From contig CDRNST010000010.1 in the NCBI GenBank assembly GCA_977016875.1, positions 186,001-250,000 of the forward strand: DNA of 64,000 nucleotides, in the 5' to 3' direction. Every line of letters starts with the position of its first letter. Within the stretch, counting starts at the first letter, position 1. The DNA is from Pavona decussata. Lineage: Eukaryota. The translations under genes were made by a program, and so were the position numbers. Of this stretch, positions 62,501-64,000 are shown piece after piece. A model generated the notes under the pieces. That model had not been told where the DNA came from. It did not search any database and saw only the letters and a list, made by a program, of their open reading frames with translations.

Positions 62501-62515
62501 GTATTGCCACCATAA
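41333..62515 (-). CDS. RNF213: RNF213/mysterin-like E3 ubiquitin ligase, copy B (3' part, 25 exons, RING to stop; 5' part beyond window end)
   Basis: Exons 62515-62330, 61907-61665, 60363-60252, 60149-59724, 59457-59338, 58818-58708, 58307-58254, 57856-57653, 56888-56810, 56073-56039, 55745-55648, 55022-54869, 54682-54508, 54099-53999, 53900-53843, 52944-52745, 51781-51640, 50915-50832, 47942-47762, 46301-46094, 45705-45631, 44356-44159, 43432-43343, 41813-41641, 41501-41333 (3676 nt; all GT-AG, phases consistent, ends in TGA). RING, AYLPTMP, RZ finger, CNYSLEVGRG, LDIAIGFLSSTGG and CQLRHVISLW match the RNF213 E3 module and CTD. Confidence 0.93.
41641..41813 (-). CDS. RNF213: RNF213-B penultimate exon
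   Basis: DPFEQIADTYKH..LDRFVSEVLELILLNL. Confidence 0.87.
41859..42570 (-). mobile_element. CR1/L2-group LINE 3' end with (TTG)n tail
   Basis: IAKLRYFVP..IYQSLIHPYLTYGLAAWGQA..ILILQKRALR and SFSRL.VKLWNEIP; (AAC)n on the + strand at 41860-41888. Confidence 0.85.
42627..43007. mobile_element. Kolobok-type MITE (TTAA TSD)
   Basis: TTAA|AGGGGCAGTATCA ... TGATACTGTCCCT|TTAA. Confidence 0.8.
43343..43432 (-). CDS. RNF213: RNF213-B exon
   Basis: ttag|AQQCCQLRHVISLWRLLTLERARILIRRGE|gtaagg (a different frame from the ORF track). Confidence 0.88.
44159..44356 (-). CDS. RNF213: RNF213-B exon
   Basis: LSSLDIAIGFLSSTGGKADMLLNEYLRGVLRM. Confidence 0.92.
44905..44990 (+). repeat. Penelope pLTR/retrozyme-like fragment with broken hammerhead core
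   Basis: CTGATGATGACTTCCGCTC.GGTTGTCG..CAACAGTCCTTCT.AGGACTA..CCGGACGATCA; the GAAA core is missing. Confidence 0.55.
45094..45399. repeat. Dispersed repeat (same family as 1146-1389)
   Basis: Direct sequence similarity to 1146-1389. Confidence 0.85.
45631..45705 (-). CDS. RNF213: RNF213-B exon
   Basis: DERFAFSRDLQLDSVFAAVKVKVPQ|gtaata. Confidence 0.87.
46094..46301 (-). CDS. RNF213: RNF213-B exon
   Basis: LISYDAERDLLPLILAQCNYSLEVGRGTLVQYNWDALERQLIDRFIRGRP. Confidence 0.93.
46623..46847. mobile_element. Kolobok-type MITE (TTAA TSD)
   Basis: TTAA|AGGACCCTAGTCAGCC ... GGCTGACTAGGGCCCT|TTAA. Confidence 0.85.
46852..47620. mobile_element. Kolobok-type non-autonomous element sharing its TTAA with the previous one
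   Basis: TTAA|GGTGGCCGAACACAGTTT ... AAACTGTATTCGGTCACC|TTAA. Confidence 0.82.
47762..47942 (-). CDS. RNF213: RNF213-B exon
   Basis: PLAVLLPSTSGMGICSTALVFHLTMVHNEF. Confidence 0.9.
48500..50033. repeat. Degenerate GGTTGCA-based minisatellite, interrupted by an L1 fragment
   Basis: Units such as GGTTGCAGTGGTTGCAAA.GTTGCCAATTAAATATGTGACTATT at 48500-48930 and 49545-50033. Confidence 0.85.
48935..49545 (-). mobile_element. L1/Tx1 LINE 3' fragment (zf-RVT region plus poly-A)
   Basis: RSFQFKLL..TKTRLAKM..CTFCELEPETVYHL; T-run at 48935. Confidence 0.8.
50052..50479 (-). mobile_element. Probable solo LTR
   Basis: TGTTA...TAACA termini; TATA-like and AATAAA signals in the expected order on the minus strand; no clear TSD. 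Confidence 0.5.
50832..50915 (-). CDS. RNF213: RNF213-B exon
   Basis: LIASFNNAWNLVRLSL; phase 1-1. Confidence 0.85.
51640..51781 (-). CDS. RNF213: RNF213-B exon
   Basis: EHKLRALRFLPDIVKLQRLLMDKFHRRIDRTEA. Confidence 0.9.
52306..52522. mobile_element. MITE-like inverted-repeat element
   Basis: GTGTTCCTTTGGGGC..TATTC / GAAT..GCCCCCAAAAGAATGC. Confidence 0.5.
52745..52944 (-). CDS. RNF213: RNF213-B exon
   Basis: NPLMRQLYE..LWRYRTQVTLDHF..VLAEFL. Confidence 0.9.
52970..53586. mobile_element. Tc1/mariner/pogo-type MITE
   Basis: TA|CAGTCGAACCTC..CGGCCACC ... GGTGGCCGTTGTGAAGAGGTTCAACTG|TA; internal ACAACGGCCAC repeats. Confidence 0.88.
53843..53900 (-). CDS. RNF213: RNF213-B exon
   Basis: NLEEKIQRCLGLLVGDNRL|gtaagc; phase 0-1. 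Confidence 0.83.
53999..54099 (-). CDS. RNF213: RNF213-B exon
   Basis: LMSKDSRREWEAMF..PVL. Confidence 0.87.
54508..54682 (-). CDS. RNF213: RNF213-B exon
   Basis: FLWDHLQMDVELLANSLGRSVDDTVLCVH. Confidence 0.9.
54869..55022 (-). CDS. RNF213: RNF213-B exon
   Basis: DRTMTGHVLG..ERNLSP..RILMHCAM. Confidence 0.92.
55648..55745 (-). CDS. RNF213: RNF213-B RZ-finger exon
   Basis: CGRPVEVKVCPECKVNIGGTGYNLSRGN. Confidence 0.92.
56039..56073 (-). CDS. RNF213: RNF213-B RZ-finger micro-exon
   Basis: (Q)CPKGHPYYIGD; 35 nt; GAT|GTAAGT donor. Confidence 0.9.
56640..56788. mobile_element. Short MITE
   Basis: CCATTTCCGA.A.ATTAAAATTCTAGCTT inverted with AAGCTAGAATTTTAAT.T.TCGGAAATGG. Confidence 0.7.
56810..56888 (-). 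CDS. RNF213: RNF213-B exon (start of RZ region)
   Basis: NAYLPTMPDDNLQEVMAGMRETGSWY; compare human AFLPTMPED. Confidence 0.9.
57653..57856 (-). CDS. RNF213: RNF213-B exon
   Basis: LAELVIHATTVL..PLRLLMESPATLM. Confidence 0.87.
58254..58307 (-). CDS. RNF213: RNF213-B exon
   Basis: cag|AHQCFKTFLQEDAHLSDR|gtgagt; 54 nt, phase 0-0. Confidence 0.75.
58708..58818 (-). CDS. RNF213: RNF213-B exon
   Basis: MLLSEYREVT; tttag acceptor, AAA|GTGAGT donor. Confidence 0.85.
59338..59457 (-). CDS. RNF213: RNF213-B exon
   Basis: PDRFIIYGEDYKKIREATAKAVL. Confidence 0.9.
59724..60149 (-). CDS. RNF213: RNF213-B exon
   Basis: LEGVAKARYILALTA..PRLYLLKQLARRFG..WIVP. Confidence 0.9.
60252..60363 (-). CDS. RNF213: RNF213-B exon
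   Basis: DKEVKEHLSRYL..LFVHCWE|gtgaga; phase 2-0. Confidence 0.85.
61307..61459. mobile_element. PIF/Harbinger-type MITE
   Basis: TIR GG.TGCGTTCGATTGA..TATTCCGGAATA; TAA/TTA flanks. Confidence 0.75.
61665..61907 (-). CDS. RNF213: RNF213-B exon
   Basis: FRRRCNSFFMELVSLFCF..SPF..IDATPVVRSFLLQQLL. Confidence 0.92.
62330..62515 (-). CDS. RNF213: RNF213-B RING-finger exon (C3HC4)
   Basis: CPVC..PCGHVICLPC..W..CPLC; cag acceptor and AG|GTATAA donor. Confidence 0.92.
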
Positions 62516-62624
62516 CTGTGGAAACAGGTTTCAAATTCTACAACTTAATTCAAATTAAGCAGTAGGCACCATATAGGGCCCTATTCCACAGTCCGGGAAG
62601 AAGGAAATGATCACGATGATGATG

Positions 62625-64000
62625 AAGTTTTAAACTCCTTCCCTCCAAATAAGGTTCCAGGTAACGATGGATTACCGGTAGAATTTTACAAAATATTCTG
62701 GGCTTCTATTGGAAACCGTCTAGTAAAATGTTTTAATGTATCATTTACAAAAGGAGAATTGAGCTCATCACAAAAGCAGGCTGTAATTACTCTCATTGAA
62801 AAAAAGGACCTAGATCACTGCGACCTAAAAAACTGGAGGCCGATTTCTCTTTTAAATGTTGATGCAAAGATTGTTTCGAAAGTCATTGTCGAAAGGATGA
62901 AACGGTTGCTACCGGGAATAATACATCATAATCAAACTGGATACATTCCAGGAAGAAACATCGGAGAGAATATACGTTCAATTCTTGACATAATGAGTTT
63001 CACGCAAGCTAAAAATTTGCCAGGCCTTTTGTTATTTATTGATTTTGAAAAAGCTTTTGATAGCTTAGAATGGCATTTTCTTAAAAAGTGTTTGGAGCTA
63101 TTTAATTTTGGACCTGATCTTATAAGATGGGTTAATATTTTTTACAAAAATGTAAAAAGCTGCATAATAAATAATGGACTATGCTCCCACTATTTTAATG
63201 TTGAGCGTGGGGTTAGACAGGGAGATCCCCTCTCTCCGTATCTCTTTGTCATTTGTGTTGAAATATTGGCCATTGCAGTACGAAACGATGAAAATATTAT
63301 AGGGATTAAAATAAGTGATTCGGAAACTAAATTACTTCAGTTTGCTGATGATACAACTGCCATTTTAGCGGATTTGAACTCGGCTCAAGCTTTGCTTCAA
63401 CTACTTAACGATTTTGAGAAAGTCTCGGGCTTAAAACTGAATGTTATGAAAACAGAAGCCATGTGGATTGGATCTCTTCAAAATTGTGAAGACGGACCTC
63501 TGGGATTCAAGTGGAAAACATGTGTCAAATTTTTTTTGTCATTTTCATTACATCCGATGTAAAGATACTTGTTGAGAAGCACTTCAAACAAAGATTGAAG
63601 AAAATCGCAAATTTAATAAATCTTTGGAAGTCAAGAGGTCTATCAATTCATGGCAAAGTGAGCATTATCAAAGCAATACTTCTTCCCAAAATGATTTATC
63701 CTAGCTCTTTTTTCAGTACACCAGCCACGGTAATAAACGAATTCAACGCTTTGGTGTTTAATTTTTTGTGGAATGGGAAAGATAAAGTCATTCGACGCTC
63801 AACGTACGCGCCTTATGATTCTGGTGGTCTTAAAATGATTGACTATGAAACTATTGTAAAGGCATTAAGATTAAGTTGGTTAAAAAGAATAGTAGATGTT
63901 GAGTGTTGTGGCTTTTGGAAGCATTATCTCAATTATCTTCTGAGCAACAAGGGAGGCTTATTTTTCCTTGAATGTAATTATGACGTAAAGCAAATCTATG
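62625..64000 (+). mobile_element. 5'-truncated L1/Tx1-clade LINE, reverse transcriptase (antisense, in an RNF213-B intron)
   Basis: NKVPGNDGLPVEFY, NWRPISLLNVDAK, IDFEKAFDS, GVRQGDPLSP, LQFADD; one frameshift in the T-run near 63530, after which coding continues to the window end. Confidence 0.93.

Overview
AT-rich, intron-rich animal genomic DNA. It is probably cnidarian (coral-like), which is an inference from the repeat families and gene content. Two RNF213 (mysterin)-like giant AAA+/E3 ligase genes lie in tandem, head-to-tail, on the minus strand. Gene B is represented by its 3' part: 25 exons at 41333-62515, running from the C3HC4 RING through the RZ finger to the stop codon (~1225 codons). 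Gene A is represented by its 5' part: 15 exons at 3972-37691, covering the N-terminal zinc ribbon, a low-complexity linker, a CBM20-like domain and the start of the stalk (~1034 codons); it continues past position 1. All exons were reconstructed by hand with GT-AG boundaries and consistent phases. Introns and the 3.6-kb intergenic spacer are packed with transposons: Penelope-like elements with inverted pLTRs, BEL/Pao, L1/Tx1, CR1/L2-type LINEs, a MULE-like transposase relic, and CACTA-, hAT-, Kolobok- and Tc1-type non-autonomous elements. Most notable: (i) gene B's RZ finger keeps all zinc ligands and the catalytic Cys but has Tyr at the His4537-equivalent position; (ii) gene A introns appear to hold decayed, diverged copies of neighbouring coding exons, plus a perfect in-frame 66-bp duplication of a splice acceptor; (iii) a GAS-ETS-GAS promoter cluster and an intronic ISRE at gene A; (iv) a frameshifted whirlin first-exon fragment head-to-head with gene A, possibly marking the duplication breakpoint. 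No CRISPR, rRNA or bona fide tRNA gene is supported.
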